From the NCBI GenBank assembly GCA_951406725.2, contig OX597843.1, forward strand, positions 15,252,001 through 15,316,000: a stretch of DNA of 64,000 bases. The letters are read 5' to 3'. The notes below the pieces were generated by a model. It searched no databases and was not told the DNA's origin. It saw only the letters and a list, made by a program, of their open reading frames with translations. The position numbers were made by a program, and so were the translations under genes. The DNA comes from Octopus vulgaris (taxonomy: Eukaryota). Positions 12,663 through 24,642 of the stretch are shown here, piece after piece (the first letter of the stretch is position 1; each line of letters begins with the position of its first letter).

Positions 12663-13051
12663 GGATGGAAGCACTCCGTCGGTTACGACGACGAGGGTTC
12701 CGGTTGATTCGAATCAACGGAACAGCCTGCTTGTGAAATTAACGTGTAAGTGGCTGAGCACTCCACAGACACGTGTACCCTTAACGTAGTTCTCGGGGAT
12801 ATTCAGCGTGACACAGAGAGTGACAAGGCCGGCCCTTTGAAATACAGGTACAACAGAAACAGGAATTAAGAGTGAGAGAATGTTGTGGTGAAAGAGTACA
12901 GCAGGGATCACCACCATCCCCTGCAGGAGCCTCGTGGAGCTTTAGGTGTTTTCGCTCAATAAACACTCACAACGCCCGGTCTGGGAATCGAAACCGCGAT
13001 CCTACGACCGCGAGTCCGCTGCCCTAGCCACTGGGCCATTGCGCCTCCACA
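12663..13051 (-). mobile_element. tRNA-derived SINE family B inserted in a family C SINE (12535-13145)
   Basis: Head GGAGGCGCAATGGCCCAGTGG...GTTTCGATTCCC; 11-bp TSD GTCGATATAAT. Confidence 0.8.
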
Positions 13052-13644
13052 GTCGATATAATAAGTACAAGTTGAACACTGGGGGTTGATGTAAGCGACC
13101 TTACACCTCCCCAAAATTTCAAGTTTTGCGCCTAGAGTAGAAACGCTTACTGAATTCACGGCAAGAAATTTACAGCCCTGCATCCATTTCAAATGCTTCC
13201 TGCTGTAAGCATGGGATTCACCATTCATCGATTAAATCTGAAAGGGTCCTTACAAGTTAAAAGCAACCTAAGGGCGAAATTTCTTGCTTCTCCTTTTTTT
13301 TTTTTTTACCAAAGGGATTGGTCTAAGGGAGATAACCTGTGTTTGCCGACCCCTATTGATTATTCTGTTTTCTTACGGACCCTAAACAGGTCCTCACCAA
13401 CCTCACTTATATGCATTTAGCTTTAGCATCGGGCAAGTCACCCTGTAGCTTTGGAAGTCGTCCATTGGGCTAAGCCCTATAGAGGCGGGAAATCATTGGT
13501 CATTCTATGACTGGACATATATTTAACTGCATATACACGGTCCCAGGTTCAATTCCACTGCGTGGGACCTTGGGCAAGTGTCTTCTACTATAGCCTTGTG
13601 AATGGATTTGGTAGACAGAAACTAAAAGAAGCCTGTCATATGCA

Positions 13645-14054
13645 TACTCTTTACTCTTTACTCTTTTACTTGTTTCAGTCATTTGACTGCGGCCTTGCTG
13701 GAGCACCGCCTTTTAGTCAAGCAAATCGACCCCGGGACTTATTCTTTGTAAGCCCAGTACTTATTCTATCGGTCTCTTTTGCCGAACCGCTTAGTGACGG
13801 GGACGTAAACACACCAGCATCGGTTGTCAAGCAACGCTAGGGGGACAAACACAGACACACAAACATGAACACATACATATATATATATACATATATATGA
13901 CAGGCTTCTTTCAGTTTCCGTCTACCAAATCCACTCACAAGGCTTTGGTCGGCCTGGGGCTATAGCAGAAGACACTTGCCCAAGGTGTCACGCAGTGGGA
14001 CTGAACCCGAAACCATGTGGTTGGTTAGCAAGCTACTTACCACACAGCCACTCC
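13645..14054 (-). mobile_element. SINE family A, near full length
   Basis: Reverse complement of 11753-12151. Confidence 0.85.
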
Positions 14055-14299
14055 TATATACGTACATATATATATATATATGTATATATGTGTGTGTGTG
14101 TCTGTGTTTGTTCCCCCACCATCTTCATTTGACAACCGGTGTTGGTGTATTTACGTCTCCGAGACCTATAGAATAAGTACCAGGCTTACAAACAAGTACT
14201 CGGTTCAATTTAATTTGACTAAAAAAATTCAAGGCAGTGCCCCAGCATGGCCGCAGTCTAATGACTGAAACAGGTAGAACATAGAAGATCAAAAATATA

Positions 14300-14590
14300 T
14301 GTACGTATGTATGTAATGAATGTACGTATACATACATGTATGTATGTATGTATGTATGTATGTATGTATGTATGTATGTATGTATGTATATATTTATGTA
14401 TGTGTGTATGTAGGTATGTATGTGTGTATGTATGTATGTATGTATATATTTATGTATGTATGTATGTATGTATGTGTGTATGTATGTATGTATGTATATA
14501 TGTATGTATGTATGTATGTATATATTTATGTATGTATGTATGTATGTATGTATGTGTGTGTATGTAGGTATGTATGTATGTCAGTGTATG
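14300..14590. repeat. (TATG)n microsatellite
   Basis: Direct observation. Confidence 0.95.
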
Positions 14591-14924
14591 TGTGTCTTTC
14601 TTTTGTATTTCGCACCACCACCACCACCACTGCTTGACAACTGGTGTTGGTTTGTTTGCATCCCCGTAACTTAATGGTTCAACAAAAGAGACCAAGAGAA
14701 TAAGTGCCAGGTTTGATTGAACACAAAAGAAAAAGCAAGAACTCGGATCGATTCGGTCGACTAAAATCCTTTAATGTGGTTTCTTTGCGGTCAGTGACCG
14801 AAGCAAGTAAAGCATAATACATAATAATTTACTTAATATTAGAGCGAAAACAAAACTCAGTAACATTAAAAAAGTGATATCCTGATATTCCGATGCGATT
14901 ACAATAAAAATTAATTAATTAATT

Positions 14925-14931
14925 CAAAAAA
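14925..14931 (-). terminator. Pol III oligo-T terminator of tRNA-Glu
   Basis: T7 run about 20 nt downstream of the tRNA on the minus strand. Confidence 0.7.
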
Positions 14932-14951
14932 GAAAGAACAAAAGAAAGACG

Positions 14952-15023
14952 TTCCCATGCCGGGAATCGAACCCGGGCCGCCTGGGTGAAAGCCAGGAAT
15001 CCTAACCACTAGACCACATGGGA
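14952..15023 (-). tRNA. trnE-TTC: tRNA-Glu (anticodon TTC)
   Basis: TCCCATGTGGTCTAGTGGTTAGGATTCCTGGCTTTCACCCAGGCGGCCCGGGTTCGATTCCCGGCATGGGAA: 72 nt, intact cloverleaf, A and B boxes. Confidence 0.96.
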
Positions 15024-15249
15024 GACGGTTACTTGAAGCTGCAAATTTAATAATATATTCCAATTATTAAATATTCCCGGTTCCTGTGTTTGGAAGCGTC
15101 TGATGGTATTTCAAAGTATTGAATGGTTTTCGTTAATTAAAGATTAATCACTTTCGATTAATTACTCTCATTATTAAACATTTTCTCTTTCAAAATATGA
15201 ACAGAATTATTAAATCCTGATCGAGACGGAAAGAAAATTTGAAGAGAGT

Positions 15250-15570
15250 AAATGTAAAAAGCGAAACGGAAACGAAACGAAAATGGCGGTTTTGAGAGGT
15301 TTTATGTCTCCTAACATAGCCGTGAATGCAGAAATGCCGAGAGTTTTATTCACAATGAGAGCGACCACTGATGAATGCCAGCAATCGAGTAAATATATGT
15401 ACATACACAGAACTGAAGCGGGTACCATTTAAGAATCCCGGTGCGCGCACTCGCGTTCCCGCGCTAGCCAGTCGTGACTAGTCGATCCTTACTTTGCGTA
15501 GAAAAATTATTTATTTTGTGTTTTCTTTACTTTGCTGTGTGGTCGATGTAGGATCGACTCGTCGCGACAC
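15250..15570. promoter_or_regulatory. CpG-rich promoter-like island
   Basis: CpG density well above background; AAAATGGCGG (YY1-like, 15280) and GTGCGCGCAC (NRF1-like, 15441). Confidence 0.35.
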
Positions 15571-15610
15571 AGTTTTTATCCCACCCCCATCGCAGCCAAT
15601 GTTGGTGTGC

Positions 15611-16610
15611 GGCGATCTTTCGTCTCTAGTAGACCTTTCCGTCGATTTCCGTAAAAAACTTCTTTTTTTTTTTTACATATGGGCTTGCGGGAACTTTTGA
15701 AGTAATATACATACATACACACACACATATACATATACACATACACCGAGTAAAAAATTTCAGGGCGATCTTTCGTTTGTAGTAGCACGTTTCCGTCGAT
15801 GATTTCCGTAAAAAACTTTTATTTTTTTATGACAGCGAAAGAGACTAAGAGGAAGCGATTTTATGACGAGGGAATTTCTTTTGAAGTTACCGAAGCATTG
15901 ATGTACATATGTGTGTGTGTGTGTGTGTTTGATGGGGTGTGGGAGACAGACAGTATGTTGTGTAAGTGAAGTGCTTCTGTTAGTGTGTGTGAAGAGACAG
16001 AGAGAGTAATGTGTGAAAGAGAGAGATAACTGAAATGTTTTACTCGGTGTATGTGTATATGTATGTGTGTGTGTGTATGTATGGCCGTATGTATGTATGT
16101 AAGGCTGCACAGTAGCAGTCGACAAGGCATGTATAACGGTTAAATTAAAAAAATTTTGTCTATATCTTCGATCACTGTCATTATTCCATTGAGTCAACCT
16201 CATTATTTTCTACATAGCAGACCGTTACATAAACAGGCAAAGGTAATCTTTCGTTTTAACTCGAAATAATGTAAACACTGAATCGGTCATACATACACAC
16301 ACATACATATACACATACACCGAGTAAAACATTTCAGTTATCTCTCTCTGTCTCTTCACACACACTAACAGAAGCACTTCACTTACACAACATACTGTCT
16401 GTCTCCCACACCCCATCAAACACACACACACACACACACATATGTACATCAATGCTTCCCCTGGACGGTAACTTCAAAAGAACTTCCCTCGCTTTCTCTT
16501 AGTCTCTTTCGCTCTCATTACTTCAAAAGTTCCCGCAAGCCCATATGTAAAAAAAGAAAAAGTTTTTTACGGAAATCGACGGAAAGGTCTACTAGAGACG
16601 AAAGATTGCC
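15611..16610. mobile_element. Merlin-like MITE, composite (extra internal TIR at 15764)
   Basis: Same GGCGATCTTTCG TIRs as 5982-6315; 9-bp TSD TTGGTGTGC; inserted in a SINE remnant. Confidence 0.78.
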
Positions 16611-16920
16611 TTGGTGTGCTTATGTCCTCGTAACTTAGCGGTTCAGTAAAATAGCCCGATAGAATAAGTACTAGGCTTAAAAAGAATACGTCTTGAGGTC
16701 GATTTGTTCGACGAAAGGCGGTGCTCCAACATGACCCCAGTGAAATTACTGAAGCAAGTAAAAGAACGTGTGTGTGTATGTATAGAGATGCATTTCGTGG
16801 ACGTATGTTACAACCGTATCTGATTCTTCAAGCGTGAGAAAAGTGCTGTTGGACTGTCAAGTGAAATTTGGCGATCGAGGATCGAATCCACGCCATGCCT
16901 GCATGTACCACTACATATAC

Positions 16921-17310
16921 TTTTTTACTTGTTTCAGTCATTTGACTGCGGCCATGCTGGAGCACCGCCTTTAGTCGAGCAAATCGATCCCAGGACTTAT
17001 TCTTTGTAAGCCCAGTACTTATTCTATCGGTCTCTATTTGCCGAACCGCTAAGTGACGGGGATGTAAACACACCAGCATCGGTTGTCAAGCAATGCTAGA
17101 GGGACAAACACAGACACACATACACATACACACATATATATATATACATATATACGACAGGCTTCTTTCAGTTTCCGTCTACCAAATCCACTCACAAGGC
17201 ATTGGTCGGCCCGGGGCTATAGCAGAAGACACCTGCCCAAGATGCCACGCAGTGGGACTGAACCAGGAACCATGTGGTTGGTTAGCAAGCTACTTACCAC
17301 ACAGCCACTA
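16921..17310 (-). mobile_element. SINE family A inserted at the centre of an inverted repeat
   Basis: Family match; CCACTACATATA duplicated at both ends. Confidence 0.85.
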
Positions 17311-17399
17311 CATATATACAATTCATGCAGGCATGGCGTGGATTCGATCCTCGATCGCCAAATTTCACTTCACAGTCCAACAGCCCTTTTCTCACGGTA

Positions 17400-17795
17400 A
17401 AACAATAGTTTTTCTGTCAGCGACATCAGATGCCTTCGCTAAGCAGAATAAGGTCATTGGACCCTTCTGACCTCTTCTATTCCACCAAAAGCTAGAATAG
17501 AGATAACAGACCGCTAACGGAATCTGTGGTTCTCAACAATATGTCTGTCCTCAGTTCTGGAACCAGTGGGATTATCCAGAAATATTAGGAAGAGACCCTC
17601 TGTCCCTGGGTAGGTGTCTGATCTGGGACGTCACAGCCTGTGACTCTTCCCCCACCCCCACATCCTTGACGCTGCAGTGAATGGGAAGGTCACTGCTTCT
17701 GTAGCCGAACAGAACAAAATCCTGTCAGTGGGGCCTGTCAGTGAACCAGTCCTTCCAGATCATGGTGCTTGAGATGTTTGGAAGGGCTGGGACAC
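17400..17795 (+). mobile_element. CRE-clade-like retrotransposon REL-endonuclease remnant
   Basis: Broken frames give VLEPVGLSR..KR, PW..GRCLIWDVTACDS, AEQNK, LEMFG, resembling the CRE REL domain. Confidence 0.55.
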
Positions 17796-18180
17796 AAACA
17801 GTGAAGCCCTTTTGACTCTGCTGAACCTAGAATTCATCTAATCAATTACCCTTTAATAGCCATAAATGCCTTCCTCCCCCACTTTACCAAAACTTTAACC
17901 CCTGACCCCTCACCCTGAACCTACTCTGACAAAGAATAATACCAGCTTCTTACCTTTTTATCCTTATTTTTTATTTTACTTTTTATTTCCATTACTCACC
18001 CTCTTCCTTTCTTTTCTCTCTTATATGCAATTCCTCACAACATCCCCTTTCTCTCATCTATCTGTCCATCAAGATGTCTGTCTCTCTCACACTATACACA
18101 CCCATGTGGACCATTTCTCTTACAAGCTAACCATTTGATCTATTCCTCCAATCTGAATGCATCATTCAAAATACTGCCTG

Positions 18181-19140
18181 GATTTACCTGAGATTATACT
18201 TAAGGATTTACCTGAGATTATACTTAAGGATTTACCTGAGATTATACTTAAGGATTTACCTGAGATTATACTTAAGGATTTTCCTGAGATTATACTTAAG
18301 GATTTACCTGAGATTATACTTAAGGATTTACCTGAGATTATACTTAAGGATTTACCTGAGATTATACTTGAGGATTTACCTGAGATTATACTTAGGGATT
18401 TACCTGAGATTATACTTAGGGATTTACCTGAGATTATACTTAAGGATTTACCTGAGATTATACTTAAGGATTTACCTGAGATTATACTTAAGGATTTACC
18501 TGAGATTATACTTAAGGATTTACCTGAGATTATACTTAAGGATTTACCTGAGATTATACTTAGGGATTTACCTGAGATTATACTTAAGGATTTACCTGAG
18601 ATTATACTTAAGGATTTACCTGAGATTATACTTAAGGATTTACCTGAGATTATACTTAAGGATTTACCTGAGATTATACTTAAGGATTTACCTGAGATTA
18701 TACTTAAGGATTTACCTGAGATTATACTTAAGGATTTACCTGAGATTATACTTAAGGATTTACCTGAGATTATACTTAAGGATTTACCTGAGATTATACT
18801 TAGGGGTTTACCTGAGATTATACTTAAGGATTTACCTGAGATTATACTTAAGGATTTACCTGAGATTATACTTAAGGATTTACCTGAGATTATACTTAAG
18901 GATTTACCTGAGATTATACTTAGGGGTTTACCTGAGATTATACTTAAGGATTTACCTGAGATTATACTTAAGGATTTACCTGAGATTATATTTAAGGATT
19001 TACCTGAGATTATACTTAAGGATTTACCTGAGATTATACTTAGGGATTTACCTGAGATTATACTTAGGGATTTACCTGAGATTATACTTAGGGATTTACC
19101 TGAGATTATACTTAGGGATTTACCTGAGATTATACTTAAG
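18181..19140. repeat. 24-bp minisatellite GATTTACCTGAGATTATACTTAAG x 40
   Basis: Direct observation; very few variant positions. Confidence 0.97.
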
Positions 19141-19270
19141 GAGTGATACTTTCATGGAAGTACAAACTTGGGACAAGATGAACTGTGAACTTTATTCTCC
19201 TGTCTTTAGTCTTCGATCAACTGTCTTATTCTATGAATTCTCTGTCTGGAACTTTCCTACATACACACCT

Positions 19271-19318
19271 TGTCTCTGATGACAGAATGCCCAGTGGATG
19301 GGAAACAGCTGTAAGACA
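19271..19318 (+). ncRNA. Hammerhead-like motif (Penelope-type), helix II degenerate
   Basis: TGTCT-CTGATGA-(19 nt)-GAAA-CAGCTG-TA-AGACA. Confidence 0.6.
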
Positions 19319-19925
19319 TTAATTAGTTCTACTTCCTCATTTTTACATTCACCTTACTTTAATTGAATATTCTAAATTACCCGAGATACTCGTCCTACCT
19401 TGGTTTTGTTCTCCTTTTCCTTAAATATATTAAATATACACACACACACACACACACAAAGTTGAAAGAGTGAAGTTAAACCAAGTGACTCAATGCCAGA
19501 ACAAATTAGCCAGTCAAGATTTTCCATTTCACTAACACCAGTACACAGATCTACCCTAATGGCTTTCTATAGAATAAACCCTGCAAAATGGACCCAAGGG
19601 ACCATTAAGTTTACCACACCCTATAATTCCATAATCTAGTCGCACTGCATGTATGGATTGCCATAGCACATCATGAGGAATTTCTCTGCACAACCACAGA
19701 TTCCAGCCCATGGCTCTATGGTAAGAAGTTTGTTTTCCATGGTTCCAGGTTCAATCTCACTGTTCAGCACCTTGGGCAAGTATCTTCTTCTGTAGCCTCG
19801 GACTGACCAAAGACATGTGAGTGGATTTGGTAGATGGAAACTGTGTGTAAGCCCATCGTATGTACATATACATATCATCATCATCATCATCATCACTTAG
19901 CATCTGCTTTCCATGCAGTCATGGA

Positions 19926-20183
19926 TCACAAAAACATGGATAGCAATCCCAACAGTTATAATAGGATTCAAAGAAAAAGAATCAACAAAACAGGCTGTCT
20001 CATCAAGAACACTTCAGACACTGAGAATCAACCAGAACATCACAAAAACAAAACAAATAACTACAAAAATAATAATAGTGCAAATAATTGCAGCTACCAC
20101 AAGAAATCTGCATGTCCACTGAGGAACCAATGCATGCAAAAAACATCATACAAATGCACAATTACCACGCCAGAATATAAATA
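19926..20183 (+). mobile_element. Penelope-like element fragment (region preceding the GIY-YIG domain)
   Basis: NCSYHKKSACPLRNQCMQK..YKCTIT resembles the PLE CNC..CPL..C linker. Confidence 0.55.
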
Positions 20184-20320
20184 CGGAGTGGTTGGCGTTA
20201 GGAAGGGCATCCAGCCGTAGAAACACTGCCAGATTTGACTGGGCCTGGTGCAGGCTTCTGGCTTCACAGACCCCAGTTGAACCGTCCAACCCATGCTAGC
20301 ATGGAAAGCGGACGCTAAAC

Positions 20321-20353
<33 letters not shown>

Positions 20354-20804
20354 ACACAGGGGCTTCTGGAAGCAAAACTTGGTAAACAAGCATGCTGGGA
20401 AAATACAAAGATGTGGCCACCATGCCAAATAAGCATTTCTCAGATTCAGCACAGATTCTCCCCCTCCCCCTATCCAGGGTCCGTGTGTTTACTATGCATG
20501 AATGTACCTATGTAACTATATGTGTTTAAGTGTATGCACACACAAGTATCTGCGTATCTATATGCATGCACGTATATGTATGTACATATCATCATCAGCA
20601 TCATCATCATCATCGTTTAGCATCCGTTTTCCATGCTAGCATGGGTTGGACGGTTCAACTGGGGTCTGGGGAGCCAGAAGGCTGCGCCAGACTCCAGTCT
20701 GATCTGGCAGTGTTTCTACGGCTGGATGCCCTTCCTAACGCCAACCACTCCGAGAGTGTACTGGGTGCTTTTTACATGCCAATATATGTATGTATGTTTA
20801 TATT

Positions 20805-20837
<33 letters not shown>

Positions 20838-23630
20838 GATGGCCGTCCACTCGTGACCTAGGAAGACCATTGCCGACCTTCAGGAACATTGTGCGCTCTA
20901 GGACTAACTTATATTTTGCATTTGCGGCTCCGTTGGTGGCTAATGAGCCCTGCTCTTGACAAGCACACACGACTGCAAACATTGCAGACCAAGCTTTACA
21001 GTATCGAAGGCCTTAGTTAAATCAATGAATACCTGGACAAGATCCATATTCTGCTCATAGCACTTCTCCTGCATCTGTCTTGCTGTGAAAATCATATCCA
21101 TTGTCCCTCTACCAGATCGGAAGCCACATTGAGATTCAGACAGGACATCATTTACGAGACACCCATTCAGACGGGTAAGAAGAATATTTGCCAGAACCTT
21201 GCCAGCAGCTGATAGTAGAGCAATACCTCTGTAGTTACCACACATTGTTCTGGCTCCTTTTCCTTTATATAGAGGAAGAATAATTGCATGCTTCCAGTCC
21301 TTAGGGATTGCACCATCCGTCCAGACTGCACTAATAAGTTCATGACTGTGTGATGCAATTACCATCAAATCTCAAGACCTCAGCACAAATTCCATCCTTT
21401 CCAGGTGCCCTACCAAGATTCAATTTACTTATTGATGTCATTACTTCATCTATTGATGGCGAGGAGTCTAAGGAGTCAATGATAGGTCTTTGTTTCATAG
21501 TATCAATCACTGTTTCATCCACAACTAACTCATGGTTTAGGAGTTCAGAGAAGTGTTCGATCCAGCGACCTCTGATTTCTGTTGATTTAGTAAACATAGT
21601 GGAAGACTCCTTGGAAAGCAAAGAAGCTGATGTGGAGCTCTTAGGTCCATAAGCTCGCTTCATAAGATGGTAAAGCTTCTTGCTGTCATTTGCATCAGCA
21701 GCAGCCTGAACGTCACGAGCAAGATCCTCCCACCAAGTGTTCTGCATTTTCCTGAGAGATCGCTGCAGTAGTGATTTTACACTCTTATAGTGGGCAAGTG
21801 CTAGACTTCGCTGCACAGTAGACAGTTATCTGTGCAGCAACACACTGTGGGCATGGTGCTTTACCACTAATAGTCGTTGAATTTCAGCATCATTCTCATC
21901 AAACCAGACTCTGTGTCTGGCAGTAACATACCCCAGTGTTTCGGCTGCACATTGAACAACCTGGTCTCGAAAATCTTCCCATCCTGCAGCAGTTTCAATG
22001 CTGGACAAGCGAGTCTGAAGCTCTTTCCTAACCACAACGTCATATACCTTGTGGACATTTAGACGGCGAGGAATGCTGACTGGTCCTCTTCTCTCTTTCG
22101 CCCTAATCACCATTCGGAACTTTGCTCGCACCAGACTGTGGTCTGTCCAGCATTCTGATCCATGCAAGGACTTGACATTACAAATGTCATAAATGTCGCG
22201 CTTGCGGATGATGACATAATCCAGCAAGTGCCAAACTTTGGACCTTGGATGCATCCATGTTGTTGTGTGATCACCTTTGTGCGCAAAATGAGTACTTGCA
22301 ATGTAAAGTCCATGTTCTTTGCAAAGCTCCAGTAGCATGAGACCATTGCTATTCATTTTCCCTACTCCAAAACGTCCTAGAGAGTTCCATGTTTACCAGT
22401 CTGTTCCAACCCTGGCATTAAAATCCCCCAGACTTTATCAGAATTGCGGACTTTTCTAAGTATGGCTCTCAGCTGGATATAAAAGATTGTTTTATCTTCA
22501 TCACAGCTAGTCAAAGTAGGTGCATAGGCACTTATTAGAGTAGCAAACCGCTTACCTTTCAAGTGCAACCATAGCGTCATTATACGTTCATTTATAGGAA
22601 CAGGGAGCTCTTCCAACTTCTTAAGGATATCAGATCGGACTGCAAAACCAACACCAGCCTCTCTGCGCCCCCCCCTTCTGCCTTCCTTTCCAAAAAAAGG
22701 TGTATCCACCTCCTACCTCCTCAAGCTGACCATCACCTTCTATACGAGTCTCTGAGAGTGCAGCTATATCAATTTTATAATGGTTCAGCTCACGAGCAAC
22801 AAGTGCAGTGCATCTTTCAGGCCTGCAATCACTCTTGTTGTCCAACAGAGTACGCACGTTCCAACATGAAATGTTTAAGTTCCATCCAGATTTTATAGAT
22901 AAAAGACTCTTTGTTTTTCGAGCGCAGGGTGGACATCCGTCAGTCGCGCTAAACTGACCAGATATGGAAAGACAGGCAATTTTTGGTTCACCTTTTCTAG
23001 AACCTCTCCGGTCTCCAGGTGAGCAGTGCCCTCTCCAAATGGAGCTGCTCAGACACCCATGCAGCAACCGAATCCTACTGCTGTTTTGGACGACAAAGAG
23101 ACAACTTTATATGTAGCATGGGCCGCCTACGTGCAGGTCGCCGACTACATGCTTCCAACCCATCAGGTCTGCATGCTTCACCACCTTCCCATCGCCGTAT
23201 ATATATATACTAAAAATGAAGAAAATATATACTAAAAATAAGATAGATATATACTAAAAATAAGATAAATATTTACTTACAAAAAAATGCACATATCGAG
23301 CAGAGGTCGGCAATGCCTGTGCAGAGTTTTCGGTCCAATAAGCCTTGCACAACACCTCACAGACCCTCTCCACTTTATTGGCATTAACCAGAGACAAGCC
23401 GGAGCAAGATGTCGGGTGGCAATATGAGTTGCAGGCTCAGGGATGTGGGAGCGCCGTGATCTCTAGCACAAACCAAAGATCCCCAAAATGTCCAATGCCA
23501 TTCCCTGCACATCTGGTTTTATATCAGAGTAACCTTCTCCTAGAGACGTGCTTTAACAAAAGCTGAGGGGCGCCTCACTCTCAGTGGCCTTTGAGCACGC
23601 TGGACACCATCCCGGAATTTCTGCGTACCC
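20838..23630 (-). mobile_element. RTE-BovB-like LINE with 5' UTR and APE endonuclease, internally deleted in RT
   Basis: WNVRTL, IAALSETR, ISAYAPT, WHLLDYVI, NYRGIALLS, ESQCGFRSGRGT, FIDLTKAFDTV joined directly to a C-terminal Zn-finger-like region; 5' UTR motif TCTAGGAGAAGG..ACTCTGAT; (TATG)n tail. Confidence 0.88.
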
Positions 23631-23684
23631 GTATAATGTATGTATATATATGTATATGCATACATATATTAATGTATATATATA

Positions 23685-24642
23685 TCATCATCATCATCAT
23701 CATCATCGTTTAACGTCCGTTTTCCGTGCTAACACGGGTTGGACGGTTCGACCGGGGTCTGGGAAGCCAGGGGTTGCACCAGGCTCCAGTCTGATCTGGC
23801 AGAGTTTCTACAGCTGGATGCCCTTCCTAACGCCAACCACTCCGCGAGTGTAGTGGGTGCTTTTTACGTGTCACCTGCACAGGTGCCAGAGGGGTCCGGC
23901 ACTGGCCACGATCGGTTGGAGCTTTTAACGTGCCACCAGCACGGAAGCCAGCTAAGGCGGGGCTGGCAACGGCCACGTTCGGATGGTATATATATATATA
24001 TATATATATATACATACACACACATATATACTTATATATATATGTGTGTGTGTATATACTTGTGTATATGTGGGCATGTATTTGCGTATATATTTTAGTA
24101 TATTTGTATGCGTATCTATATGTGTGTATATTTGTATGCATGTTTTGTGCTTATGTAGATATACATATTATTTTATGTGTGTTTTTGTGTTCATTGCGTC
24201 AGCTGAACAGAGTATCTCTGATGTCCTGGGATACTTCCAAACGCAATCATGTGACACTCTCCATCCTTAACGATTTTACCTTTCTCTCCCTAATTTTCTG
24301 CTTCTCTTTCATTTATTTCTTTTTCTTTTCCACTGTTTTCTTCCTCCCCATCATATTGATCGAAGCCAGCGCCGCCTCGACTGGCTTCCGTGCAGGTGGC
24401 ACGTATAATGCACCAATCCGACCGTGGCCGTTGCCAGCCTCGCCTGGCACCTGTGCAGGTGGCACGTAAAAAGCACCCACTACACTCACGGAGTGGTTGG
24501 CGTTAGGAAGGGCATCCAGCTGTAGAAACACTGCCAGATCTGACTGGCCTGGTGTAGCCTTCGGGCTTGCCAGACCCCAGTTGAACCGTCCAACCCATGC
24601 TAGCATGGAAAATGGACGTTAAACGATGATGATGATGATGAC
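23685..24642. mobile_element. Two oppositely oriented RTE 3'-end copies (23685-23987 minus, 24358-24642 plus)
   Basis: Family match; (CAT)n and (GAT)n tails point outward. Confidence 0.8.

Noticed and set aside
18181-19140. CRISPR-like or telomeric array (TTAGGG variants)
   Set aside because: No unique spacers; TTAGGG arises from a single A>G change in isolated units
18157-19279. 329-aa (DLPEIILK)n ORF resembling a leucine-rich repeat protein
   Set aside because: Nucleotide-identical 24-bp units with no synonymous divergence, so a minisatellite
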